Shown in pieces: positions 1 to 12,342 of a stretch of 64,000 nt of DNA. The notes under the pieces are model-generated. The model had not been told where the DNA came from and did no database searches. It was given only the letters and a program-made list of their open reading frames with translations. Position 1 is the first letter of the stretch. Each line of letters begins with the position of its first letter. Source of the DNA: Chiloscyllium plagiosum (lineage: Eukaryota); the NCBI RefSeq assembly GCF_004010195.1, contig NC_057740.1, positions 7,478,894 to 7,542,893 on the forward strand, in the 5' to 3' direction. A program made the position numbers and the translations under genes.

Positions 1-249
1 CCCCACCCCACTCCGGCCTATCACCCTCACCTTGACCTCCCTCCACCTATCGCATTTCCAACGCCCCTCCCCCAAGTCCTTCCTCCCTACCTTTTATCTT
101 AGCCTGCTGGACACACTTTCCTCATTCTTGAAGGGCTCATGCCTGAAACGTCGATTCTCCTGCTCCTTGGATGCTGCCTGACCTGCTGCGCTTTTCCAGC
201 AACACATTTTCAGCTCTGATCTCCAGTATCTGCGGTCCTCACTTTCTCC
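1..249 (+). mobile_element. 3' end (pLTR plus tail) of a Penelope-like element, family A, with degenerate hammerhead core
   Basis: Closely similar to 15745-16006; core remnant cttgaagggctcatgcctgaaacgtc at 127-152. Confidence 0.75.
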
Positions 250-1416
250 TCGATGGCTCTGATCATCCATAATTTTGAGCCTGTGATATTGATGTGTGGA
301 TCTAATTCGCATAAAACTGTGGGAAGAGGGAATATATTCAAATTGACGTAGTTAACGATCAAAACTTTGTCATTCACTCATGGTGCCATTCTGTTTTTGA
401 TGCAGTGATTTCTCCAGAAAGATTGCTTTCTGTCATGTGTTAATTTAGAAATGGAATAGCTCAAGTGTCTTTGCTTGTTTTAAGTTGGATGCTTTTGTCA
501 AGTAGTTTTACCATGCGCTGACCTTTAAATGTTGAAGAGGATCTGAAAATTGTAAGAAAAAAAGTTTGTCTTGGGATGAGGCCTTGAGGATGTAATAGTA
601 GCTCCGAGGTACTAAGATGTTAGAGAATTGAGAGTTTGAGCCCCAGGAACATGGGTGTCAAAGGTGACTTGTGTGGGTCCCTGGCTTTTCACTGACCAAA
701 ATGGGAAAGGCACCAAACATAGTGAGAGACTTGTCAAGAAAATGCTGAGGGAAGCTTAGATTGCACAAACTTCCAAATAACCTGTCTGCAAGCAATTCAC
801 CAAGCAAAACTGTCCTATGTGGCAGATTCCTCCGATTGAAACGTGCAATGCAGTCATTTTAGAATTCGTTGACTGGAATGGGAGAAAGTCATCCTTGGTC
901 CTGAGGAACTGCTCAAGAAAAAGAATCCAAACAAAAAGTTTTGTATACTTTGCTTTTCGAGGAGCCAACCCTAGTTTCACAAGTTGTCTCTGCTATCTGC
1001 TGTAGGTGATGGAAGATAGAATTAACGGAACAAATACTGGGAGCTTGGCAGTCTGACTCCTAGAATTCAAATAATATTTTACAAAGGGCAATAGTATGCT
1101 TCAACACTACATCTGTGTTATAGTGTAATCCATGCCCACCTTACAACTATGGTTGATGCAGTAGTGATGCCAATGTACTAATCACTCCAGTCAAGCTTAG
1201 GTTTCTGTAGTCACTGGATTGATATAGACAAACAAATTTATTGATTGCATCTCTCAAAACGCTCTTGTTACATTTAGATGTCATTGCAATTCAGTAACTG
1301 AACTATTCATAATATTCTGCAAGGTATTTGCTGAACTTACAGGCAATTATCCTTTTTAGACAGCCTCTTTGTCTCATGAGCCAATCTTGATCTCATTTTC
1401 ATCCAGTACCATTATT

Positions 1417-2200
1417 CACACCCAGTCAACGTTTGAAAGTTCTTGCCTAATACGGTCAAAATTAGCCTTCCTCACATTTAGATCTTCAACTTTAATATCT
1501 GGTCTATCCATTTCCACAAATATTTTTAAAACTAATAGAATTTTGATCATTTGCCCCCAAGATTCTCCCTCACTGAACCTCAGTCACTTACACGGCCTTA
1601 TTTCCTAAGGCGTGGTCAAGTTTTCCTCCTCTAATAGGTGCATTCACATATTGAATAAGATGTTTCTTTTTTCAGAACGCTTAACAAATTCTTCTCTGTC
1701 CAAGCCCTTCACGCTATGGTAGTCCCAGTCTTTGGAAAGTTAAAATCCCCCACCATTACTCCCCTATTATTCTTGCAGATAACTGAGATCTCCTTACAAA
1801 CTTGATTTCTCAATTTCCTGCTGACCGTTGAGGTTCTATAATGCAATCCCAATAAGGTGATCATCCCTTTCGTATTTCTCAATTCCACCCCAATAAATTC
1901 ACTGTATGTACTCTCTGAAATATCCTACCCAGGTACAGCCGTAATGTTCGCACCAACCACCCCCCCCCCAAGTCCTTCCTTTCGCATCTATACCCTGGGG
2001 CATTAAGCTGTCAGTCCTGTCCATCCCTGAGCCATGTCTACATAATAACTGTCATATCCCAGATTCTTGGTTCCAGCCAAGCCCAGAGTTCATTTACCTA
2101 ACCTGTCAGGCCTCTTACATTGAAATAAATATATTTCAATTAATTAGTCCTACTTTGTTTTCTGCTTTGCTCCTGCTTGCCTTGACTGAGCTTGAAAACG
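1417..2200 (-). mobile_element. CR1/HER1-like LINE fragment, APE endonuclease region
   Basis: Colinear with 48880-49640, which translates to GGGVAILI...YYRPPN...VGDFNFPNIDW. Confidence 0.8.
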
Positions 2201-3915
2201 ACCTTTCCCTACTGCTTCCTCTTAGTTAGCTAATGCTTGATCCATGCCAATTGATTATCCAATATCTCTGCAAATGAAGCTACTTGCGCATGGCAAAAGC
2301 CTGTCTGTAGAGTCTTTTAACAGAGAAGGCTGTTGTGCTTCATCTGTATATAATTCTGGCTGACCAGGAAGCTGTCCTGCTCTTACCATGTGCCCATGGT
2401 TCACTCGAGCTTTTAGTTTGTATGGTAATGTTTTGTGTGACACTTTGTTGAATGTGTTTTGAAACTCCAAATTCCATATTAATTGAATCTCTTTATACGC
2501 TCACCCTGCTTGTTGCAACCCTAAAGAAGTTTAATAAATTTGTCAATGGCGTCTTTTTCAGAAAATGGTGTTGACTTTGCTGGATTGTGTTGTGACTTTT
2601 AAAAAGTCCTGTTTGCTTTTGCCAAAATTGTGTGGTATTTGTCTCTGTAATGGCTGTTAATGCACTTTGCAAATCATAACATTTAAATACTGATGTGATA
2701 AAGTACTTGTATAAATTGAACCATTTCAGCAATATCTGTGTACAATGAAAACCAATATTTTTGGACTTCTGTATACTGTTCTGCAAAAGCTGTACACCTT
2801 GGCTGTTCTCCTTTTTTAAAAGACCTGTGTTTGTTCTTATTTTTACTGTTTACTGAATGATTTTAACTACCATGCATCTTGTATCTTCCCACAAATACTT
2901 TGCGGGGTGGTGGAGAAATGTTTCTGTTTCCCATCCTGTAGAAACTTGTTTTGAATTTGTTCCTTACCTACAGGGAGCCACATCAGTGTCACAAGGGTTA
3001 ACAGCCCTATGGGGAATGTGGCAAGTCAGCTGCAGTAGCCAGTTGGGAATATTTAACTGAGGCAGTCATCACCAGCTGAGTATACAGGGCAAGGGAATAT
3101 TTGTGAATTTTTTTTTAAAAATGCTAATATGGTGTGTGTGATTCATTTATTTGAAACTAACTTACCAGTCTGTCTAAAGAGTAGCCTTTTTTTTTTAAGC
3201 TGATAAATATTTTTAACCTGATCCTAAATTTGAAGATTTTATATTTCTTTAATTAAATTGCAGTTCAGCTATATAACATTTTATCATTCCTGTCTTCAGG
3301 AAGCTCACCTGTTACAGCTGCATGTTTTTGAATTATTGCTTTATTTCTATCTTTGTACGGTTGTCTTAAATACTTAGCACTTCTCCATCACGCATTATTG
3401 GCAATCCTTTGATCTGTTTCTGTCTCACCCAGAACACTAATAACGGTCACTAATTATATATTACATGATCTTGATTTTCTGCTATTCTTCATTCTCCTAA
3501 ATGTTTCAGTATCCTCCAGCAGGATTTACTATTTCATTCTTCTCCCCATCTTTCTTCAATGTACCACCTGAGAGGCATTTCTATCCTAATTCTGGTCGTA
3601 CCTACTGGAGTGTACGTACATGCTTTCTTCAGTGGCATATCTGTGAGATTTATCATTCAACTAAATAAGGATGTAGCTTGGAACTTTATACGTTCAAACG
3701 TTCAACTGCACACTGTGCTTTTGTCACACTTGTTCCATCATCAGGATCTCAATTTCTTCTCTCACAAACATGGTTCATCTTTGCCCACCACCACCTTCAT
3801 ATGAACCTCACCCTTACTTTCATGCACCCTCTACTATCTTCACTTATCAGAAGTTGTAACCCCTGTTACCTTTATTTTGACATTTGAGTTCTTCAATCCA
3901 CATAAGACACAACTT

Positions 3916-4260
3916 GGCGGCAAGGTGACGCAGTGGTTAGCACTGCTGCCTCTCATCACCAGGGACCTGGGTTCGATTCGCTCTTGCTAATTTAATTTCC
4001 ACGACATGGAGTTTGCACATTCTCCCTGTGTCTGTGTGGGGGTGCTCTGGTTTCCTCCCACAGTCCAAAGATGTGCAGGTTGGGTGAATTGGCCAAGCTA
4101 AATTGCCCAGTGTTCAGAGATGTGTAGGTTAAGTGCATTAGTCTGGGGTAAATAGGGTAGCGGGATGAGTCTTGGTGGGTTACTTTTTGGAAGGTTGGTG
4201 TGGACTTGTTGGGCCGAAGGGCCTGTTTCCATACTGCAGGGATTCTAAGTTCTATTCTAA
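3916..4260 (+). mobile_element. tRNA-derived V-SINE (HE1-like)
   Basis: A box (cagtggttag), B box (gggttcgattc), V-domain (ggagtttgcacattctccc...tcccacagtccaaagatgtgcaggtt), CR1-like 3' tail. Confidence 0.85.
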
Positions 4261-4769
4261 AATGCAACAACATTTATTAGCTGCTGAATTCCTCTGATCT
4301 CAGAATTTGCACGCTTTATACTTCCACACTGTCCTTGGTCTTTAAGCCAATAGCATGAATGACATTGGATATTCAAGTTACTTTGTTTTTTTGCTTTACT
4401 GCCCATCAGCATTTTCCCCCTCAATCCAAGACCATATACAGTTTTTGACCTAGTTTTTGAAAAGTATGATTATTAAGCCTTTTTTATGTAATCGACCCCT
4501 GCACTCCGCACAAAAGTCACTCCATTGTAATCTCTTACTTTCACAATATGTTTTCTCATCATCAATTCATTAACCAGAGGAAGTGATCTTTCACTCATTT
4601 CCTACTCGACCTCTGGTAGAATCTCCTTTAGTATTTTTTTTGCTTGAGTAATTGCTGTTCTTTGCAGTACTTTTTAAACATTTTGACCAAATCAAATAAC
4701 TTTTTTAATAAAAACTGAATCTTTGCTGTTTAGTGTATCTATGCCCCAAATGATTTTAAAAAGCTCCAT

Positions 4770-7065
4770 CATCTCTCAACCTCCGATGGACCAGTGAAAA
4801 AAGTCCCAGTTTCTCTAGCTTCTCATCATAAGTCAAACCCTCCAGTACAGGCAGCATTCTTATAAATCTTTTCTATACCCTCTCCTATTTTGCAATTTCC
4901 TTCCTATAGCAGAGTGACTAGAATTGTATACAGTATTCTAGGTTTGGCCTCATTGACTTGTCGTGTACAACCTCAACATGATGTCCCAACTCCTATACTC
5001 AAATATCTGACCAATAAAGGCAAAACTCGATCAAGTTCATGAGACATGATTTCCCACGAATAAAGTCATGTTGACTATTGCTAATCAGTCCTTGTCTTTC
5101 CAAATACATGTAAATCCTGTCCCTCCGAGTTCCCTCCAGCAACTTGCCCACTCCACCCATGTCAGGCTCACCAGTCTATAGTTCTCTCGTGTTTCTTTAC
5201 CACCTTAAATAGTGACACCACTTTAACCAACCTCCTGTCTTCTGGTATCTGGCTTGTTACTATCAGTGGACCCAGCAATGACTTCCAATAGCTTCCCACA
5301 GAATTCTGGGATACACCTGATCAGGTCCTGGGGATTTATCCACCTTTACGTGTTTTAAAACATCCAGCACCACCATCTCTGTAATATGGACATTTTTCAA
5401 GATGTCACCATCTATTTCCACGCATTCCGCATCTTCCATCGCCACCTCCATGGTAAAGACTGATGCAAAACACTTATTTTGAATCTTCCTCATCTAATGA
5501 AGAAGATTGATCAGGGAAGAGTAGTTGATGTGATCTATATTGACTTAAGTAAAACGTTCAAGGTTTGTCGTGGTAGACTGGTTAGCAAAGTTAGATCACA
5601 TTGGAATACTGGGAGAACGAGCCGATTGGATACAGAACTGATTCGAAGATAGAGGATGGTGGTAGAGGGTAGCTTTTCAGACTAGAGGTCTGTGATTAGT
5701 TGTGTGCCACAAGGATCAGTGCTGTGTTCACTGCTTTTTGTCATTTATGTAAATGTTTTGGATGTGAACATAGGAGGTATGGTTAGAAAGTTTGTTGATA
5801 ACACCAAAGTTAGAGATGTGGTAGACAGTGAAGGGCACTTCAGTGCAGCAGGATCTTGAACAGATGAACCAATGGGATGAGGAGTGGCAGATGGAGTTTA
5901 ATTTAGATAAATTTGAGGTACTGCATTTTGGAAAGGCAAATGAGGGCAGGACTTAGACTTCATGGTACGTTCCTAGGGAGTGTTGCTGAACAAAGAAACC
6001 TTGGAATGCAGGTTCATTGTTCCTTGAAAATGGAGTACAGGTAGAAAGGGTAGTTAAGGTGGTGTTTGGTATGTTTCCTTTATTGGTCAGAGCATTGAGT
6101 ATTGGAGTTGGGAGGTCATGTTGCGGTTGAACAGGACATTGGTTAGGCCACTTTTGGAATATTGTGTGCAATTCTGGTTTCCCTTCTATAGGAAGGATGT
6201 TGTGAAACTTGAAAGGATTCAGAAAAGATTTACAAAGATATTACCAGCGTTGGAGGGTTTGAGATGTAGGGAGAGGCTGAATAGGTCCGGGTTATTTTCC
6301 CTGGAGCACCGAAGGCTGACAGATAACCTTGTAGAGGTTTGTAAAATCATGAGGGACATGGATAGGGGAAATAGACAAGGCCTTTTCCCTGGGGTGGGAG
6401 AGTCCAGAACTAGAGGGCATAGATTTAAGGTGAGAGGAATGATTTTTTTCACGCAAAGGGTGGTATGCATATGGAATGAATTGCTAGAGGAAGTGGTGGA
6501 GGCTGGTACAATTACAGCACTTAAAAGGCATCTGGATGGGTACATGAATAGGAAGGGTTGAGAGGGATATGTGCCAAGTGCTGGCAAATGGGACTATATT
6601 AATTCAGGATATCTGGTTGGCATGGGCTATTTCCCTGCTGTACATCTGTCTCTTAAGTGTGCTAAATGCCGCATTAACAATTCTGTCTCCCTGTATTGCA
6701 ACTATGTACCTGAACCTGTAGGTCTGTTAGTTTGACAACACTCCCCAGGGCCCTACTATTAACTGTTAACTGTGCAAGTTCTGCCTTTTTTTCTGTCTTA
6801 CTAAAATGTAACACCTCTTATTTATATAAATTAAATTCCACCTGCCACTCCTTGGCGTATTGGCCCATCTGATCAAGGTCCAGTTGTACTCCTGAGATAA
6901 CCTTCACTGTCCAGTGCATCATCACCTATGTCTGTCATTCTAAAAACTTACTAACCATGTTTACTGTATTTTCATCCAAATCATTTATATAAATGTCAAA
7001 CAACAGTGAGCCCAGCACCAATCCCTGCAGAATACTGTTGGTCACGGACCTCCAGTCTGAAAAAA
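4770..7065 (-). mobile_element. Older CR1 fragment (4770-5024 and about 6653-7065) split by a younger CR1 insertion
   Basis: The minus-strand CR1 sequence ...ccaataaaggcaa breaks at about 5024 and resumes as agtgtgctaaatgcc at about 6656. Confidence 0.65.
5025..6652 (+). mobile_element. CR1/HER1 LINE with 5' inversion (5025-5495 on minus, 5497-6652 on plus)
   Basis: Minus part encodes FASVFT...KSPGPDQVYPRILWE...KSCLMNL. Plus part starts at KKIDQGRVVDVIY and runs through LVRPLLEYCVQFW to the 3' UTR. Confidence 0.85.
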
Positions 7066-8659
7066 TGTCTATTAACTGTTAAAGTACCCCTAACCAAATA
7101 AACATTTGTACTGGTTCTGTTACTTCTTTTGAGCATTTCCCCATTCAATTCTCATTTAAACATCAAGTATGCTTTTTTTAAACTAAAATAACACAGTTAA
7201 GTCAGATCTTTTACTTGCCCTTTTCCCTGGCATTTTGTTTCTGTTGTCTGTATGGTCTGGCTGTAAATTACACCCAAATACTGCGTTCTTACAATTGAAT
7301 CTATATTGATGCACTGAGCTAAAGGTTAGATGTCGAGTAGTGTGACCTTTTTTAAAAGTGGTTCAATTTGATAACTTTTTTTAGACCATTTGACAATAAA
7401 ACACAAATGTTGTTTAAAATATTCTTATTATGTATCTTATTTCTTCAAAGTTTATTAAATTCTACACCATATGGATCAATTAATCATGGGATCAATTCCA
7501 GGCTTCATTTGGTTATTTTTTTGGAAGCTTGATTCTATCGGGCCAGAATGTACAAATTGAATGAAAATGGCACCTCACTGCCTGGCTCCTCATTCAAATA
7601 GTGTACGTTGAAGAGCATGACTTTCGTGTGCTTTGCATACTCATTACAGATTTGGTTATACCACGGCAAGTTATTGTTTCTGCAATTTAGTGAAAAAACC
7701 TTTTTAAACAGCTTGATAAATTTGATTTGTTGTTCTCACAGGTTCCATATGTTCAGTAGCAGTCAGTGCACTGTTTTGTATCTCAAGTTACAGCAAGTCC
7801 CCGTAACCAAAATGGGCGATGTTAAGTCTAATGAATTGCAGTTACTGTTTATTCACCAGATTATGACAGATTTATTTTTCCTAACATTATTTTAAATTTG
7901 ATCAATTTCTTATCATGAAATAGACAAACTACATTCTAGATTTTGAAAGTTAGGATTTCTGAGCCAAATAGGTTATTCACCATGTAAAACAGAGCATCAT
8001 GTTAAAAATTCCGAGAGCCCCAAGTTTAATGGTTTTTAACAGTGTGAATGGGATGTTAAAATGTTCAATTTTATGTCAAATGTTTATTGTACCATGTAAG
8101 TTGTATCTGCAAAGACTGCAGCAGACTGTACACTCTGGATGCACAAGCTATCTGTGGCAGTAACTTCTTGATTTCTGCTTTTAGCTGCGTGTGAATGCCC
8201 AAAGTTGCTGTCAGCTTTGCACAGCCATGCTGATCAATGCTAAACTTTGCTGTCAGTGGAACCACAAATTCCTTTTCATAGTGTTGATGCGATAAGTTGA
8301 AAATTTTTCTTAGTTGACAATTTTGCGCAATCTCTATTTGTGATTTAAAATAAAAACATCCTTTCTGGGCTTAATAAATTAACTCCAGATATGTGGTACT
8401 GAAGCTTTGAATTCCAGCTCCATTCTGACTGATGCAGTAGAAAACATGATTCAAATTAAAAATTTAGTTCAGGTCAGCAGTGGTGCATTTTTCTGTTAGC
8501 TGTAATATCTGCCACCAACTCACGTTCCTTTCCAGTAATGGAATCGATCGGGATTTTAAATGTGATTGAATGTTACGATTATGTGGCATTAAGTTGAAAG
8601 CCAACATTTTCTGTTGTTACTATGAGGGACATTGATGAACCAGATGTGAATGTTATTGT

Positions 8660-8859
8660 ACAAAAACCAAAAGAACTGATGCTGTAAATCACAAACAAAA
8701 CAAAAATTGCTGGAAAAGATCAGCATCTGTGGAGAGAAATCAGAGTTAACATTTCGGGTCAAGTGATCCTTCCTCAGAATTCCCCCTTCCTGAGTTCTGA
8801 GGAAGGGTCTCGTGCCACAAAATGCTAACTCTGAGCTTTTCTAGCAAATTCTGCCTGTC
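8660..8859. mobile_element. Miniature inverted PLE-terminus insertion (family C) with two opposed, decayed hammerhead cores
   Basis: TSD tgtgaatgttattgt (8645-8659) / tgtgaaaattattgt (8860-8874), 13/15 match. Minus core CTGAGGA-aggatcacttgaccc-GAAATGTT at 8748-8777; plus core starts at 8797. Confidence 0.65.
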
Positions 8860-9109
8860 TGTGAAAATTATTGTGTTTGATAATCTAGCATTTTAACTGA
8901 ACAGATAACTGTTATAAAACATGAGACAGGAGCAGGAGTACACAGTGTAGCCTGACATGCCTTTTTCCTCTTGTGAATGAGTGAGTACACATTGAGAAAA
9001 CAAAGAATGATTCTTAGCTGGTGTTGGTAGAGAAGATAGTGAATGGTGCCCCACCCCCCCACCAGTTAGAGTGATAAATATTGTCTTGGTAACAGTACTC
9101 ACCTGGGGT

Positions 9110-9960
9110 AGTGTGTACAATCTTAGCCTCCTTATCTAAGGAAGTACATGTAAACCATCGAGGGAATGCAATAGAGATTCACCAACCTGGATTGGTTGGA
9201 TTGTGTTCTGAGGAAAGATTGAGGAGACTGTCTGTATTCACTAGTCATGATTCGGAGATGCCGGTGTTGGACTGGGGTGTACCAAGTTTAAAAATCACAC
9301 GACACCAGGTTATAGTCCAACAGGTATAATTGGAAGCACACTAGCTTTCGGAGCGACGCTCCTTCATCATGTGATTGTGGAGGGCTCGATCGTAACAGAA
9401 TTTATAGCAAAAATTTGCAGTGTGATGTAACTGAAATTATACATTGAAGAAATTATACAATCAATTCTTCAGTGTATAATTTCAGTTACATCACACTGCA
9501 AATTTTTGCTATAAATTCTGTNAAAGCTAGTGTGCTTCCAATTAAACCTGTTGGACTATAACCTGGTGTTGTGATTTTTAACTCTGTATTCACTAGAGTC
9601 TCAAAGAATGAAGGGTGATGTCATTGATGCTGAAAACATATTTGCAGGGAGTGAAACAGTTGACGTAGAGGAGATATTTTCCCTGCTTCAAACTAAGAAA
9701 ACATGTCAAGGCAAGTAGACCATTTAAGATTCTGATGAAGGTATGGTGTATCTTTGGAGTTCTCTCTACCCCAGAGACCTGTCAACAATCAATCATTAAG
9801 CATGTTCAAGATGCACATCTATAGATTTGTGGAGACTACTGATACCATTGGATGTAGCAATAGTGTGGGAGAGTGGCACTGAGGTTGATGATCAACCATG
9901 ATGTAACTTAAGGGTAGAATAAGCTTGATAGGATGAATGGCCTACTCATGTTCTTCTGTT
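9110..9960 (+). mobile_element. Old CR1 3' fragment interrupted by the 9245-9582 insertion
   Basis: EERLRRL...SLE..RMKGDVI-like sequence on both sides of the TSD, plus a CR1-type tail (gaatggcctactc). Confidence 0.6.
9245..9582. mobile_element. Inverted PLE-terminus insertion (family B) with hammerhead core
   Basis: Perfect 14-bp TSD tctgtattcactag (9231-9244, 9583-9596); arms are reverse complements centred near 9460. Minus core aTGATGA-aggagc-gtc-gctcc-GAAAGCTA at 9342-9370. An N at 9522 replaces the matching core of the right arm. Confidence 0.8.
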
Positions 9961-10178
9961 TCTAATAACGTCAGGAGGAGGGGGAAAAACATTTGAGAGA
10001 AAGGAAGGAACATTGGCATTGTTGTATATTATTGCATCTGAGATGAAATAGCAGAATGCAAATGACTAGCCTTCAGAAAGAAAACTGATTATACTGGAGC
10101 TATGTAGTTAGATATTATAGTGTAATGAATTGGCAAAAATATGATCCATTCTTTTGTTTTTGTTTTTCTTTTTTGCAG

Positions 10179-10282
10179 GCTTCTTCCCAGGCAGTTCTCA
10201 AGGATGTGATGCATTTCTTCGGCACAAAATGACTCTTATATCGCCTTCCATACTGAAGAAGTACAGCATTCCCTTTGATAGG
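10179..10282 (+). CDS. KDM4B: KDM4-family (JMJD2) lysine demethylase internal exon, JmjC domain; (G)[34 protein letters not shown]
   Basis: Polypyrimidine tract plus ttttgcag| acceptor and AGG|gtaggt donor; 104 bp, phase 1 to 0. Translation matches the KDM4 JmjC segment containing the Zn-ligand Cys/His and the conserved Lys (KDM4A C234/H240/K241). [13 protein letters not shown] fits KDM4B best, from recall. Confidence 0.93.
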
Positions 10283-11614
10283 GTAGGTTATTTGTGGTGT
10301 TAGGCGAGACTTAGCATCCCAGGCAACTGTTGTTACTTCGATTATATCAGTATGCAGATACTGATGTATAACATATATGTTATATATGTAATATATAAGC
10401 AGAAAACAAATGCCATATTAATGTTTTTGTGAGATGTAGCACAATTGATGTCATTTAATATGGTTGAGTTACTGTATAAGAGAAGTACTTTGTTTCTGTG
10501 AAAGTTTGATTCGTAACATATTTAATAGATTTTTGTAAGTAGAACAATGTAATGAAGAAAATGATTCAGTTGTCAGAGACATTTCAATTTATAACCTTAA
10601 AATATATCAGGAAAGTGGATATATTTAGCTCCATTGTTAAAGTTAACAAGACAATATCCAAATATTTCTGCCATAGAAGCATCAGGCGACTAGGGGCTTG
10701 TTCATAAAAGACACATTAGCACAACCAGCAACGTAAATTCTGGTAAACCAAGGATCCCCAAATTGAATTTAGTCAATCTTTCATAGAATGTAGGAAAGCT
10801 CATGATGTATTATTTTGTAGAATGTCTGTCTGTTTTCTGAAAGTTGTCCAATTCAGTTAGGTCTCAAGTAATTAAAATATTTTGTTTTGTTAATTCCATC
10901 CAAGAACTCTAATAGAAGGCCTGAAGCTTTGTCATTGATGGCATTTAGCTCACAAATTACTTTCCTTATGAATTTACTTCTAGCAGGACACATCAACACC
11001 AAGGCCATATCTTGTTTTTTTTTTATTCATTCATTCATGAGATGGGTTTTATGGCTGGGCCAGCATTTACTGCCATTCCAGATTGACTTTGAGACAGTGC
11101 TGGTGAGCTGCCTTCTTGAGATACTGCAGTCTATCTGTGTAGATAGAGCCACCATGCAGTTTCAGGAGAAGTTCCAGAATTTTGCAGCACTGAAAAAGGT
11201 GATATCTTTCCAAATCAGGATGATTTGTGGCTTTGAGGGGAGCTTGCAGATGCTGGTTGTTCCCATGTATCTGCTGCCCTTGTTCTTCTAGATGGCAATG
11301 GTCATGGGTTTGGAAGCTGCTGTCTAAGGAGCAGTGTTTTGCCATTTTCCTCCCACTTTCTGACCTTACGATGCAAGAAAGCTCGTTGATGAAGCAGTTG
11401 AAGGTGTTTGGGCCTGAGGAACCCCTGCAGAGATGTCCCGGAGCTGAGATGACTGACCTCCAACAAATACAACCATCTTCCTTTGTGCCAGATATGACTC
11501 CATTCCACCTGCCCTGAATTCACATTGACTCTCTTTTGGCAGGGGCTCATTGAGCATTTGGTCAAGTCAAATGTGGCATTGATATCAAGGGCAGGCGCAC
11601 TAACCCCTCCTTCA

Positions 11615-11943
11615 GCTTTTTTTTTTTACTCATTCTTGGGATCGAGGGCGTTGTTGGATAACCAGCGTTTATTGCACATCCCAGCAGCCAGTTAAGAGTC
11701 TGCAATATTGCTGTGAAGTCACATGTAGGCCAGACCAGGTAAGGAAGGACATTAGTGAACCAGATGGGTCTTCCAACAATCGACAATGGATTCTTGGTCA
11801 TCACAGACTCTTGATTCAAGATATTTATTGAATTCAAATTCCACCATCTGCAGAAGCAGGATTCGAACCCAGGTCCCCAGAACATTACTTGGGTCTCTGG
11901 GTTAAGAGGCCAGCAAGAAAACCACTAAACCATTGCCTCCCCC
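11615..11943 (-). mobile_element. tRNA-headed SINE nested in the LINE, sharing its 3' tail
   Basis: Minus B box (gggttcgaatcc) and A-box-like head near 11940. The tail at 11625-11685 resembles the LINE tail at 11025-11080. Confidence 0.7.
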
Positions 11944-12250
11944 TAAGCTTCTTTTGAGGTCAGCAGTTGAATGGCCTGATGGAATCCAAACTGAACATCC
12001 TGAGCAGATAATTGCTGAGCAAGTACCGTTGATAGTTCTGCTAATGACATTTTTCGCCGTTTTACTGATGATTGAGTATAGACTGATAGGGCTGTAATCG
12101 ACCAGATTATATTTATACTGCATTTTATGCACAAGATTATTAGACAATTTTCCATGTCAAGTAGATGCTAATATTGCAGCTGAACTGGAGCACCTTGGCT
12201 TGGCGTACAGCAGATTCTGGAGCACAAGTGTTCAATACCAATACTGGAAT

Positions 12251-12342
12251 CTTGTCAGTGTCCATGGCCTTGTCAGTGTCCATGGCCTTGTCAGTGTCCA
12301 TGGCCTTGTCAGTGTCCATGGCCTTGTCAGTGTCCATGGCCT
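12251..12342. repeat. Perfect tandem repeat, 18-bp unit CTTGTCAGTGTCCATGGC x5
   Basis: Five identical units read directly from the sequence. Confidence 0.97.

Noticed and set aside
3916-3990. tRNA gene-like A/B boxes (also at 24880 and about 28100-28180)
   Set aside because: These are SINE heads followed by a V-domain and LINE tail; no complete cloverleaf is evident.
7900-8640. Repeat-free stretches as conserved enhancers (also about 21850-22270 and 56100-57300)
   Set aside because: Conservation cannot be judged from a single sequence.
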